A program made the position numbers and the translations under genes. This document shows, in pieces, positions 12,701-25,500 of a stretch of 64,000 bases of DNA. The DNA is from Raillietiella orientalis (lineage: Eukaryota). The stretch's first letter is position 1; each line of letters begins with the position of its first letter. The stretch is taken from the NCBI GenBank assembly GCA_036172245.1, contig JAYWIR010000010.1, positions 3,534,001 through 3,598,000 of the forward strand, in the 5' to 3' direction. The notes under the pieces are model-generated. The model ran no database searches, was not told where the DNA came from, and saw only the letters and a list, made by a program, of their open reading frames with translations.

Positions 12701-14349
12701 CACCGTGCTCACATCGCAGATCCTGACAGGCTGAGCTACGGACGGGTTGCACGAAAGTTGCCTTCCGCGTCCGGTGACCTTCAGGAACAAAGTACACTCG
12801 GCGCGACTTGGGCAGGTCGTTTTCGGGTGCGCATCGTCTGGAGAGAATAGGGACGTCGAAAGGAAAGGAGGGATTTGCGTACGCAAACCCATGCCGGGCG
12901 CCATTTCGATCGTTGGGATTTCCAGACGCAGGCCATTTCTGCCCAGCCGCAGGTGCGACAGCCCTCTTTCGTACGGCTGCAGGCTCAGATGGGAAGCAAT
13001 GTGTCTGACAGAAGGTGGACGTAAGGAGGTGACGGCGCGAAGGAGCGAACTGTCATGCAGGCATCGGATTCTGCTGGCAGAAGGGAAAATGGAAAGGGAG
13101 GAGGCGCGGTAGGGATCGACAGATGGCACAGTCGAATCTTGGTCACTTGTGCGGCTGTCTGCGAGGCTTCACCGGAAGCAGGCGAGGATGCGGTTTGCGT
13201 ACGAATGAGTGTCGGGACTGGCCGATGTCTTCCCAGAGTCATGTGTCGAGATGAATCTTTCGCCGTGTTGCATCTCTTCGAAAGATGCTGCTTTGCTCTT
13301 GGCTCGTGGAGAAGGGAAATCGCTAATGTTTCGGCTAGGGTGGCTGCACCTCTTGAAGGTTGTTGGGTGTTTCGATAAGAGATCTCGGCCCCTTGTTCCG
13401 GCCCGTGAAACTAGGTGCGAGGAATTTTGTCGAAACAACGAGAAAACAGGAACGAACAGGCTGCATACTGATGTCGCGGCGTCTACCCAAGTTTGCGATG
13501 GAGGAAAGTTGCGATGTGTCACCTTCCTGACCTCGGGGCGGGACAATCGGTCTAGGAGCAAGTTTTCGTTATGGCGAAACATGCGAAGTGTTATTATTGG
13601 CTTTGGCCGTGTTGAAGCTTTGCATGGAAATTCAACTTCCCGGAGCAGCGATCGTTGCCACCGAAGGATCAGCAATGCAAATTTGAAAGGAGTCTCGGCG
13701 CGATACGAAAGAACTGAACCTGAGGGATGATGACGCGTGAGACATGTGGTCCGGGGAAACGGACGGAACGAACTCTTCTTCTCCCTCTCCTTTTCTCTCT
13801 CTTTTTTGTTCTTTTTTTCCCGGGATGAAGAGGAGAGCACACTTTGCGGGAAGATGGGGGAGGGGAGGTTTGCGGCGCGGCAAAATCGGGCCCAAGTCAC
13901 GTGATGTACGGGAGGAAGCTCCGCCGCTTGCGGAAATGCTTTTTATCGCGTTTCTTTGGGCGGGCGTAAGGCGAAGGGAACGAGGAATTCTGCACGCGAA
14001 CAGAGCAGGGCGAAGCGAGGAAAAGGAACACCCCAGTGGTCCTGCCTAGGAGGATTTCGGAAGGGGGGGGAGGATGCAAGACGTAAGGCGGGAAACAGCA
14101 TGGAAAAACGGCATTAGCATCTATGATGACTTGCTGCGGTAATTTTCATGCCGCTGTACTACGTTTTTTTTTGCTCCCCAGTTTCACCTCCTTGAAGCCG
14201 AGCTGGAAGGAGGTCTCTTTTTTTAATGAGATGAAAAGTTCTTACGGAGAAGTTAGATATGAAGTGACTCCGCATAGAGGATTACTCATTGGAAAAATTA
14301 CTGCCCGGATATCGGTCGTTTCTTTATTACCCGGTTCCACCGGGACGTT

Positions 14350-15750
14350 TATTAATAAGAAATCATCTGGGAACACAGTTCCCAGGCAAGGGGAAGAGAA
14401 GTTAAGGGGGAAGATTTCCCGACACGCAGGTCGGGCATACTGAGAGCTCGGAACGGTAGGGAGGGGACAATAAATAGATAAGAATAGTATGGCGGGTAGG
14501 GACAAGGGTCTGCAGCTTCAGCCGTTCCTATTCTTAGAACCGGCGGTGAATGCCGGCAATCTCCGTCCTCACTTCGTCAAAGTGTGGCCACCCGACAGGC
14601 AGTTGCAGAGTGCAGGCTGCACTGTCGGGGACCGATGTTGGGACCTCTCACATCTGCAATACGTGGCGGGCCCTGACAGTGGCGCGGACGCAGCAGATGA
14701 TTGCGACGACCGCTCCAAGAGAAAGACCGCCGCGCGTGAAGAAGCGGCGCATCCAATCCTTTGCGGTGTGTCCGGGGTGCAGGAGCGCTGAAGACAGCCG
14801 CCGCCACAGCTCCTGGAGGGCACCGCATTCAAATAGCAAATGCGGAAGCGTTTCCACCGCTCCGCATGTTGCACAGTTCGGGGACGCAACTCCCCCGGAA
14901 ACCAGGTGCGCGCGCTGGTTGCAATAGAGACCCCAATGCACCAGCAGAAAAGCGTCCTGTTTCCACCGAAGGGGGAACACAGTCGTGTCTTAGCACGGGG
15001 GGGGGGACCACAAGTTCTTCGGAGGACACCCTCAGGAGCTCGCTCCATCGAAGAAGTCCCTTGGCACGAATGCGAGGCGTGGCAGCGTCTGCCAGCTCGC
15101 AGGTCCTCCAGCTGCCCAGAAGTCGGGTTTCGGGTGGGCCTACTGGCTAGGCGACCTCCCACCTAGCCAGTAGGCCACTGTCTTCTCGTGCCCTTAGGGC
15201 AGACAGCGCTTCGGCGAGGGCGGCGGAGGGGCGTAGCGGCCAGGCGAGTCCACTTGTCCTGGTTTTGCAACACCTCCTCCACTGGACAGTATGGAGAAAG
15301 GTTCACGCAACGGAGTTCCATCCTGTTGCGCTGCCCAGGACGATAAGGCCTCCTGCCGCCAGGCGTTAAAGTTCGACGGCCGGCAGGAGATCCACGAATG
15401 CGTTCCCAGAAGCGAGGCGAGCTGCCTCAGCGGGAAGCCGAATCCTCTCATGGCGCGCTCCGTACGCAGGTGCAACGAACGCAGTCCGCCGCCACCCGTG
15501 CAGCTCCGCAGCAGCACCCGCGCTGGAGCACATCAGGGAGTCGTCCAAAGCTGGGCACAAAGTGCCAGCATGCAGAACTGCACTAGCAGTCCGATACGCT
15601 CCAGCGTCAGGATGCCCAAGCCGGCATCCCGACGAGGAGCCGCCAAGTCCTTGAGGCGGACCTCGCAGGTTCCACAAAGCGTTCCGCAACAGGCGTTTCT
15701 CCCGTATATGGGCGTAGAAGAACAGTGCTCCAGCGATTTTGCAAGCTTGA
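14350..15750 (-). mobile_element. 3' fragment of a Tx1/L1-clade LINE (post-RT region and zf-RVT zinc finger), 5'-truncated
   Basis: VRLKDLAAPRRDAGLGIL (P..GGLG motif after the RT domain) at ~15660-15610; CATCGAVETLPHLLFECGALQELW (CCHC zf-RVT) in ORF 14648-14980; a minus-strand AATAAA at ~14350. Confidence 0.8.
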
Positions 15751-18159
15751 TTAGAGTTTCATGATTTAATGATGATGGATGCGTGATAAGGAGAATTCTT
15801 TTCGTTTATTATCAAGGCGTTGATTTGTCAGGCACCACATGATTATATTTTGGTTACAAGGACAAAGCGATGTTTTACCTTCAGGAGTCAGGCTTCGAAT
15901 CCTGAGTGGCTCAAAAGTGAACTGAGAGGACTATATAGGAGCGATTCCTGGTATCGGAAATTTCTTTTCCTTTCCCAAACAGCAGATTCAGTAGTTTGGA
16001 ACACTTTATGCTAAGATTCTTAACATATCTTCTCGAGAATCTGTATTCATCCCCAATACGTGCTGCATTCCGTCTCTGCCTCATACTGCAAAAGCCCGGA
16101 GCTTCATCTGAGTGTTTGGTGTGGACTCTGTGTGTCAGCGCTATCAATCTTTGTCGCCTGCTGCATTGATCGAAAGGTGCAGCCTCGTTCTCGTTTTGAG
16201 TTTATAGCAAATTGCTCGTTTTAGCGTCCCATCAATTAATTTATCATTTCAGCTTCCTCGTCGATACAATTTATTTTTCTTGCTCGAAGAGCAAAAGAAA
16301 GAGTTCAAAGATCCGAGATGGTCTGTCATCTGAATGTTCTCCTTCCCCTATGCTCCCCCCCTTGTTGCCAGGCTGTTCCAAAGGTAATCAGGAGTTGTGA
16401 TCATCACCTGATTTTTTTTGCAGTCCCTCTCCAAAGAATACAATGCATCAGTCTAAGATGCGCATTTTTATGTGATATATTTCATCACAAGTCATTCGTA
16501 TCGTATGATCACGACATGCCCTGTTTTCTGTGAACTCGGTTGCACATACAGTCTTTGTTTCAGTTCAAAGTGCTTTAGATGTCTTGGTGTCCCATGCCAA
16601 CGCCGCTCTTTACGAAGTGTACGTCGTTCGTCAAAGTGTTGAATGTGCCTCGAGGGTAAAAGACTGCTTTTCAAATTGCAGGCACGCTGCTTTGGCCCCA
16701 GAGCAGGCACGTCCGAAGAAAAGGGTGGCTCTCTGGAAACGCTGTGAAAAAAAAAAAAAATAGCCATTGATATACAGCGTGTAACATCAACATATTTAGT
16801 CAGTTAACTATATTACTTGATTGGATGTATCCATATTACTCCTGGAATGGAATATAGCGTTTGTAATGTTACCTTTGAGGGCGATTAAAGATAGGCTTTG
16901 ATTTGTGAATGCGATGAATACTTAGAATAGTAACAAAAAAAATTCTGTAATATAGTGAGGGCAAATTCGGGTACGAAAATGGGAGTGTAATTTGTTAAGA
17001 AATAAAAAGGGTGGGAATTTAGTTTATCGCTTTTAATATTCATACCTTTGCACATTAAAAATTACACGAGATGAAAATCATTTCGTGGTAGAAGCGGAAG
17101 GTGCAAAGGTAATAGAAAATTTCCAAACTTTAAAATATCTACTTCGTAATCAAGATTTAATTCTGTATAGAAAAAATCAAGAATTGGTTCTAGTTCGGCA
17201 CTTTTAGTTTTAGGATGACAAGAGAGTAGAATTTCTTGGTAGGTTAGCTGATATAAAGAAACGTATGCATTCTATTTAGAATTTCATTGTGCTCAGGACG
17301 TAGGAAATGATTTTCACATGTGATTTGTTACCGACTTTTTTTGCGTGGTACATATGAACTTCAAGGAGGTCTGCTGCTTGGAGGTTGATTTAGCACGTAG
17401 GGATGGTGATTTCATTCGGTGATCACGAGTTTTTGCTCATTCTGTTCCAGCAGCTGCGGTCGAGCACGAGAGTGAGCACGAATCAGCAGCACTGTCATTC
17501 CTTGATGCAGGTATTGTATGGAAATAAATAAGCTGCAAGAGTGGTTGCTGTGCAGGCTAATGAAGGGTTGGAGAAGGTGGATTAGATGACTCGGAGGTAG
17601 TAAGCACTATTAGGACAATAGGCACGCTGGTTGATGATCCTCGAAGGACTTCGTTTCTTTAGTATTTGGAATTAACTGATTTTCTCGAGAAACAGTGGTT
17701 AGGAGTTCTAATCCAGGTGCAGAATAAGAAAGGGTAGAGTGAGCTACGATATATATTGAGTATATTTTTCAAGTTAGATGTGTATATGCTGGAATAAAAT
17801 TTTATCATTAATTAACTTGGAAATGGTAAGTTGATGATGGGTATGATCACTGAGTACGAATCTCCCACCTCCCTGGTGTGAGATAAGGTAAGTTGTTACG
17901 TGGTAGAGATGTACGGGAGGTGTATCTTTAGTTTCCACGGGGGGAAGACTGTGAAAATGGTGGTGAATTGCGGGCGCCATCTGATGGAAGTGTCCCGCCT
18001 GATTTGTAATATTTAGGAAGGAATGACAGCTGCCCAGAATACGCGCTCTTTCTTGGAGCAGAGTCGGAAAAGGTCCTTTTTTTTCCCAGAGCGAAAGTCC
18101 TTATTGAGAAATTTAAGTTAGATGTGAAGTGACCCCCACACACAAAATTACATATTGGA

Positions 18160-18830
18160 AAAACACCAATGCAATTGTTTCCCGACTCAAGAAAGCAAGG
18201 CCCTCTTGAAGAGGAGCATCCAGATCATGTAGGGAAGGCCACGTCGCGCATCGGGACATTCTTATTCAATTGAAGGTATCTGGGATTTGCCGATTATGGA
18301 TTCATCGACGCGGTCAGGCTGAACATCCGTACGAGCAATGCCTACAGGGAATGACGTGTATCCGATATGTAGGAGATGCGAGATATGAGAAGGTCCCTCT
18401 TGAACATCCTGAATCGCTGCATCAGCAACTCTAACCTCACCCTCTGCAGACACAAAGACCTAGAAGCCCTGATCCAGAGAATCGCCCAAGGAACATTGGA
18501 TCTGCTGGTCCCCGACCAGTCAATACTTGAGGTGGACTAAAAGCTTCAGGCCCTGATTGGTGCTCTCAAGCGAGACACTACTGATAGCGCTTATCCCTTT
18601 AAGAACTCAACGACAACTCTGGAGACAACACATGATAGCGAAAGGGGAACAAGTATCAAGGGTTAATTCTCCGCTTTTCCTCCAGAGTGCTGGAGCTGGT
18701 AGGAACGTTCGTCGTGGGACGCTTGGAAGGTGCCGGAAGACCCCTCTGTCCAGAGTGGAGCACCTCAGGAAAGAAATGCTTCGTTTCAGCACCTTTGTAA
18801 TACGCACTGCTGGGACGGTCGGTGACTAGA
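18160..18830 (+). mobile_element. 3' fragment of an RLE-class non-LTR retrotransposon (NeSL/Utopia-like)
   Basis: HPDHVGKA..YLGFADYGFIDAVRLN (compare PDQGK..FADWRFIHRARLN); SLLNILNRC..LCRHKDL (CCHC knuckle); RP/DLV..PFKN; and V..GTLG (PD-(D/E)XK nuclease region). Stops and frameshifts throughout. Confidence 0.7.
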
Positions 18831-19199
18831 AACCCTTTGAGAACCGCAGCCCAGCCTGTCCCCAAAAATTCCACTCCTAGAATTTTCCAAAAGCATGTCT
18901 CGAAGCCGAAAAACAAAGAGAAAGGTTTTGCATTGTGACTTCTTCAAGTGTAAAGAGTGGGTGCACAAAAGAGCCCATGAAGAAATGCAAGCACTACCTA
19001 TACTGTTATTCAAAAATCTGATTTTTTTTTTCTTTTTGTATATGACCCCAGCGTGCACGTTTGGAAAATATTTGTACACATTTTATTTCCCGCTTTTGAC
19101 TTATATTATTATAAAGATGTTCTCATGCTATTCTCCCATATTTAATCAAGCCGGAAATATAAGCAATAGCAGATGAGTTGGTACGCAGACATCAATTGA

Positions 19200-19570
19200 G
19201 GCTGATCACTGCCAAACTTGGTAGCAGCATTCAAAAAGTAATCCGACATTTCGCTGCCAATCAGTGACGGACTCAGAGATTTGGGGGGAATACCAAATTC
19301 AAGATGGCTTCCGTGGTGCCCAGCTCCCTTGGAAGTGATCAAACTATTAAAATAGGGTAGGAGCACGTGCACCACGATGCAGCAAAGTCGTGAAACATAT
19401 AGTGGTACACCCTATACGAACGCGCTCTTGTTACAGATGTCAAATACGGTATTTTGGGTGGGTTCCATAAGACTTGTCCCATTTGTTGAAGAGATTCTCC
19501 TATCTTCCTTATAGTGTGTCCACTCCGGTCTAGGCAAGCAGATGAATTTCCTTCTCAAGTTTGCACTATA
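19200..19570 (-). pseudogene. LRRC8/pannexin-like fragment: extracellular loop 1 and TM2
   Basis: RRKFICLPRPEW (compare QDKMICLP); TVFDICNKSAFV*GVPLYV..IVVHVLL (compare VDAVCYE..YFPYLVLLH); IWYSPQIS..VGLLFECCYQVW (compare FWFKFPRTS..ILLKCFDSPW). Confidence 0.45.
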
Positions 19571-22500
19571 GGTTCAGGGTTCGAGTTCTTTCCAGCTTTA
19601 TGGTCTTTGCATCTCCCCTGAGTCTAGTTACTACAAACTAATGAAATAATGAATTTTTACAAACGTACACTTTGTATGACCTCCTAGAAAAGAGAACTAT
19701 GATTTTAACATAGTGCTCATTTCTAGATTACAAGGAGTACTCGCAATACCTATAATACGTATGTGCGTGCGTTTCCCCATTTTTTTTTTTTTTTCCCCTG
19801 ATTAACACACAAAGGTTTTCCCTAAAGCTCTCCAAACACACCAGGTGTCCCAGAACACTAAAGTACGAAAGGACATTTTTTGAATGCATGTAAAGGTGCA
19901 CATACAGACTCATCTTCGTGAATCTTCGTTATTCGGAAAGTACCAGCATTTCGAAGTTGCCCTTCCATCCCTCATTTGCCTGGTGGATAACTGACGTTGC
20001 AGATCATCGGTGTTCATCAGCGTCATCCAGCTATCCATTTCAGCAAGGACAATTTGCCTCTTCCTCTGGACCCTCAAGTGAAAACGAATTCCTGGAAAAG
20101 ACACGAAGCACACAACATCCCAATTGCGGTTGTTACTTCGCAGTTACAGCCTGTAACGAAAGTGCATGCAGAAGATGAATTTCTGTTTGAATAGAAATGG
20201 CTGTTAACCGACAAAGGGTCAGCGTACCCCGTGAGCCTAAACGTACATAAAAGAAAGCAGTAATGTGAGTTCATCTTGAAGTGAAAGAGTAACGAAATCA
20301 TCTCCAAACGACGTTTGGGAAAGCAACGTTTGCTTCGCATTTCTGGTCCTGATCCAGCCTCCAATCCTCAATAGCAGTGGTTCGTTTTTAAGGGATGTTT
20401 ATAGCTTTCCAGAAATACTGGAAAGGGCAGATTCGAATCGTGCTAACAAGAAAACCGAGAAGCTATATCTATTTTTTCCGATGGTCCGGAGCATCAGAGA
20501 ACAAAATAAAATAAAAATCAGATTCTTCAGAAGCGAAAGCCCTACCACCCTGCAGTTTTTCAGCTGGGTTAGCATCGAAGACCAGTATTACTGGATGCGT
20601 TACAGAATGTTTTGTGTAAACCTCAGATAAGTTTTTTTTTTCCAAATATGATGCGGCACGATTCGCCTTGTTGCTATCCTTCTCATTCTTCGACAGCTAT
20701 CAATAAAAACTTTATGTGAGGATTGAATTGAGCACAGAGAATCCACATATCCCAAACTTGCTTCGTATTGCAACTGCGTTCAGATTTGCTGTTGATTCCC
20801 TGACGGGGGGGGGCGAAGGGGGTTGGATTTGGAAGCGCTAAAAGCCACAGAAAAAGTGTGTGGAAAATGAATCATCAGCGAAGAAGAAGAAGAAAAAAAA
20901 ATACTCTGACGTGTACAGCAAGACGACACTGCCAACTTCTGGATTAGAATCATTAATTTTGGAATAATAGCGATATTACTGATGCGAACCCCGGGATGCC
21001 ATCTTGCCCACCAGAAGCTGCCGAAACGTCTGCGACAGAATTCCAGGCATCGCATGTAAACAAATAAGATGAAAACACTTTGCACACATAGCTGCAAAGA
21101 TAATGCAGCGTCCACGCGTTTGATGAATTTCATATAATTACTTGAGCACATCAAATAGCGTGAAGTAGCTATGTGAAAATGGATGATGTATTTAACAACA
21201 CAGAATGTCACATACCAGCGCATGCAAACACGGGATATGCACACATTTCTGCACACTGAATGTCTCATCAAGGATTCTGCGATCCTTCTTTGGTTTGAAT
21301 GCAAAAATAAAGAAAATTCTTGCAAAATGCCTGCTTGGTTTCGCATGGCAGGGATGGTTTACGCAAAAAAAGAAAAAAAGAATGATAAGCTTTTGAGTAA
21401 AACGCGATTTCCTTTATAATTCAGAATAATACGTGCGTGCATACCTTAATTTAATATGGCAGAAAAATGATTGCTACTGGTTACTAAGAATAATTCTTAG
21501 GTTTCTACAGAATGCTTCATGCAGAAATGGGAACAAAAATACTTTTTTTTATGAAAAATGCAATGATGAATCGCAAAGGTAACCCTACAAGGCTGACGTG
21601 GTGTCATATGCGACACACAGGAACCAAAATGTGCAGGCTCTCTGCCGTGGTCAGTCCGTGTCGAGAGCACGCCGCCCTAGCTACGACCTGTTACTAAGCA
21701 TTCCGTGTTCTTGTAGTCGCAACGGCGTGCACTTCGGCTGGCTTTCTTTCCGGTTGCCTCGCATGAGACACCACGTTCCCTTTTACATAGAAAAAAATGT
21801 GCACCCATGGCCTCCCATAATGGAATGCTCAACGCAAAATGAAGGGTTGATTGGAAGCTATGAAAGAGGAGAAACTGATTGGGAAGAGTTCTCATCTGAT
21901 GAAGACCAAGATTTAGATGGCGGAAATACGGAAGCAGAAAGCCACACCAGCTTCCAACAGCTTCTCACATGGAACGCCGGTTACCGGGAAAAAGTTCGTC
22001 TCGTTCTTTGTGAAATTCGATTTCATCTGCACAAAATAAAGATCCGAGTGGGGTGCCGAGAGAACCTTTAGGGATCCATGAGCGCTGCGAAATGTCCCTC
22101 CACGTTCCGCCAGCCGGAAAGGAAGGGAAAAGCGTACCTGTTGAAAAAAAGTCACGTGTGCCCGACACCGAAGGGCTTTATGTTGTGAATGTGCAAATAA
22201 CTTTCAAAATAATTTGTAAAGATAATTGTAATTCATCAACAAAATGAAATTTTTATGAAAAATTCTCGCATTTTAATCGGTGTCCTATATGGCACCACGT
22301 AACCATTTATGCACAAAGTGGTCACGTTACCCCTCTAGGGTTCAGAAAGTTCGAAGGATGGGGTTATCTTGATTTGCTATCGGATGCATTCCGAATTAGC
22401 TTACCTGCTGTAGGTTTGCCACAAAATAATACATCATAAATGTCACGTTCTACGTGGTGATTGTGGTGCAGAGTCGATTCGAGTGTGCTTTTGGTTCCTG

Positions 22501-25500
22501 CAATGCTCAGGAATCGTAAACGCCGTTTCAACGCGAAAGCGTGTGGCTGCAGCGCGCAGCGTGGACCAAAGACGAATTTTCCCTACTCCTCGCCTAAAAC
22601 GCTCGAAGAGGCTCGCAGCTTCCTAGCGCGCGGGATTTCTGGATTTTCTGAAGGCGTACTCACAAGCTTTCTCTTTGAAGAAACCCTACAGGAAAGCATC
22701 AAATGAAGTTACACCTGGAGATGGATGAGCATTAGATTGCCTCTCCTCACTCATCTTTCTGGTACCTGCTCGTGTGAACCCGAGCTCTCTTGTGTGAAAT
22801 CTCTCTCCTCTTCCACTATTTCTCTACAAGCTGTAGTTTAGTAGCTAAAAAGTGTCTTCATGCTCTCGACTGCCCTTTGTTCTATGAGGGGAGAATAGAT
22901 CCCTGAGGAAGACTGCAGAACATCTAACTTTCTGCCTCTCTCAGCGCGATTCCAAAGCTTTGATCTTGAAGGTTTGGAAAGTTCTGCAGATTAAAATGAA
23001 TTTCTTAGCGAAGAACACGTCAACTTTAACGTGAACTCCCCTGCCTCCAGGAAAATTTACGAAAAGTCTCAGTTCCTTCAGATTCACGAAGATGAGTCTG
23101 CAAACCAGCGTAGAGATATGGAAAAACGTCTGAGCTTGTAGCCGAAAATGGAAATGCTTTCTGGAGAGCTTTCAACTATATTTAGAAGTAATCAAGTTAT
23201 CCTGACTATAGATGTGCTTTTTAGAAGAAAAAAAACTTTTTTTTTTGATGGAATAAAAATGTACTTGCAGAAAATGTATGGGGACATTATTCACCGAAAA
23301 GAGAACAAGCACAGTCGTAGAAGCAGAGACAAAATGTTTCTTCGAAAAGGGAACAAACTCTGGAAGGATTTCTGGAGTGTTACTGCACGAAGAAGGCTTC
23401 CAGCAGTGGCATCCAATAATTCTTAACACTCACATGAAAAGTTTCATCTTTATCAAGATGTTCCGTTTCATCGAGTCAAAATTTGAAGTTCCATTTTTTA
23501 TGGAAGTTTTTTATGTTCCTTTTGTTGAATGAACAAAGATTTATTGCTGGCATCAGTTTACGACGAAAAAGAATTATATGCTATGTGTATAATTTAGGTA
23601 GAGAAATTTTCTGGATTATTTGGAAAATGATGATGTTGCACACGTCCCCCCCCCCCCTCCAAATACCAAACGCTCAATGGCATGAAAAAGTTTCTCACGA
23701 CAGCCTTGTAAAAAATAAAGTGGGACTCTTAAACACACATGACTCACCGATTCATTCAGAGAAACAAGATAGGAAACTCATCGAGTTTTCTATCTTATAA
23801 CGGGATCATCAAGGCTCTCTAGCAAGGAACGATAACCCTTTGATTACGGTCGTCATTTTCCTTCGAGGCATCAGACAAAAAAAAACTTTGCCTTCCTTCA
23901 GAGCTGAATTTTTCACCCCTTGTTTTATAGTTTTGTTGTTGGAAGTTATCAGAACGGAAGATGTTTCTGCAAGGCATTTCCCGGTTTCTTGATGGCCGGC
24001 TCGTGGTAATGGATGGAACTTTAGCTAGCATCTCATTAGCCATCGGTGTTTATCCTCTTGGAGACGTTCCCTGGTTGAGACTTTTTGGAATCAGTCGTGA
24101 GAGCCAGCGGTTTATCAGAAACAGACATTGCTTGGATCTCACTGGTTTGGCAGGATGCTATCCGGTTCTACTTTCTAAGGTACCCCACTCTTAGGACTCT
24201 GCATCCGACTCTTCAGGAGCTGCTCTCTTAGCTCTCTCCAATACAGCCCCGCATCAGCGAATCCCGGAGCGAATGGCAATGCCTGTGAGAAGACATTTCC
24301 ATTCATTACCAATGCCCGGAAGTGTTTCTCCGCTCAGGCTGCTGCTGCACTGAGCGTGTCAACCGGATCTCGTGTCCGTGAACGGAAGGGAGAAGCAATA
24401 CCTGACCAGCAGAGGGAGCTCCCTTTGCGCCCAGCGACTATCCTGATTGGATGAAGTGCTCCCTGAGAAAGAAAACGCCTCAGAAGCCGGTCAGCATCAC
24501 TTTCTCCGGGTTCTAAGAGACATGCAGATTCCGTCTGGTGTTCTTGTTTTGGGGCTGTTCAATTTCCGCGATTCGGTGAAGATGACCTGATTCTTCTTTA
24601 GGGAAAAAGATTTCCCACCCAGTCTTTGATGAATTGTAGTTTCATGACGATGATTTTTGTTTTTTTTCTCTTCCGACTTCAATACACCTGTTTTTCGGTG
24701 CCCATTTTGAAAAGAGAATGCAGGTTTTTCTTTCCCTTTTGCTTTAAGAAGTGGGAATCCTGCCTCCCTAGCTCTGCTGACCTGGGTCAGCAGAGAGGAG
24801 CACCATACCAACAGGAGATGACTGCGGCTGCTGCTTCGAGCGGGCGTGCTGCCCCCGAACCAGGTTCGAATCCACGGGCATCTGAACAGATTGCAGCTCC
24901 ATCGCGATCCCATCCGAGGGGTCATCCGCCCATCAGCCCTTGTCGGAGGTCACGCGGTCTCTCTCAAGTGTCACCATGCGTCGTGGGTTTCGAGTTCCTC
25001 CTGCAAGATGATGCTGGTTGGCCTGTCTTCGAGTGCGGCACCGGTAGCTGTTCAAACAGCATGCCCCCGAAGAATGGCCAGGATTGAGAGTCGACACTCG
25101 ACACTCTGGGGTCCCTCCAGGAAACAGAATCAAGGAGTGGGGTTTCCCTCCAGTTGTGCAAAGAAGACGTCCCTTTCTCCCCCCCTTCCTTCTTCGGGAG
25201 GGATTCTCCGTCTCGTACTATGGAGCTGATGGCTTGACGACGCCTCTCCAGAGTCCAAGGAAGTGTGCCGCTCCCTTAGGGGAGCACCCTTCTGAGAGAT
25301 TTCGTAAGTAAACAGGAGAGGTTCCTTGGGAGGTCCCTCCGGAGGAGAAAACATGAAGCGGACCCCTTAGGGAGTCTCCGGAGAAAACAAGGAACAAGAT
25401 TCCCTTCAGAGACAACCAGGGTGGAGGTATCCCTCCCCAGGAGTCATGGGAACGGAACTCCCCTCTCCGGAACTCTTCCTGGACTCATAGGGTGCCCCCT

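Noticed and set aside
24930..24970. GGHAV resembling the papain catalytic His motif
   Set aside because: No QxxCGSCW or NSWG motif nearby.
25300..25490. Short imperfect repeats (ctccgga..gaaaaca, ggaactc) considered as a CRISPR-like array
   Set aside because: Only 2-3 degenerate units with irregular spacing, in a eukaryotic context with no cas genes.
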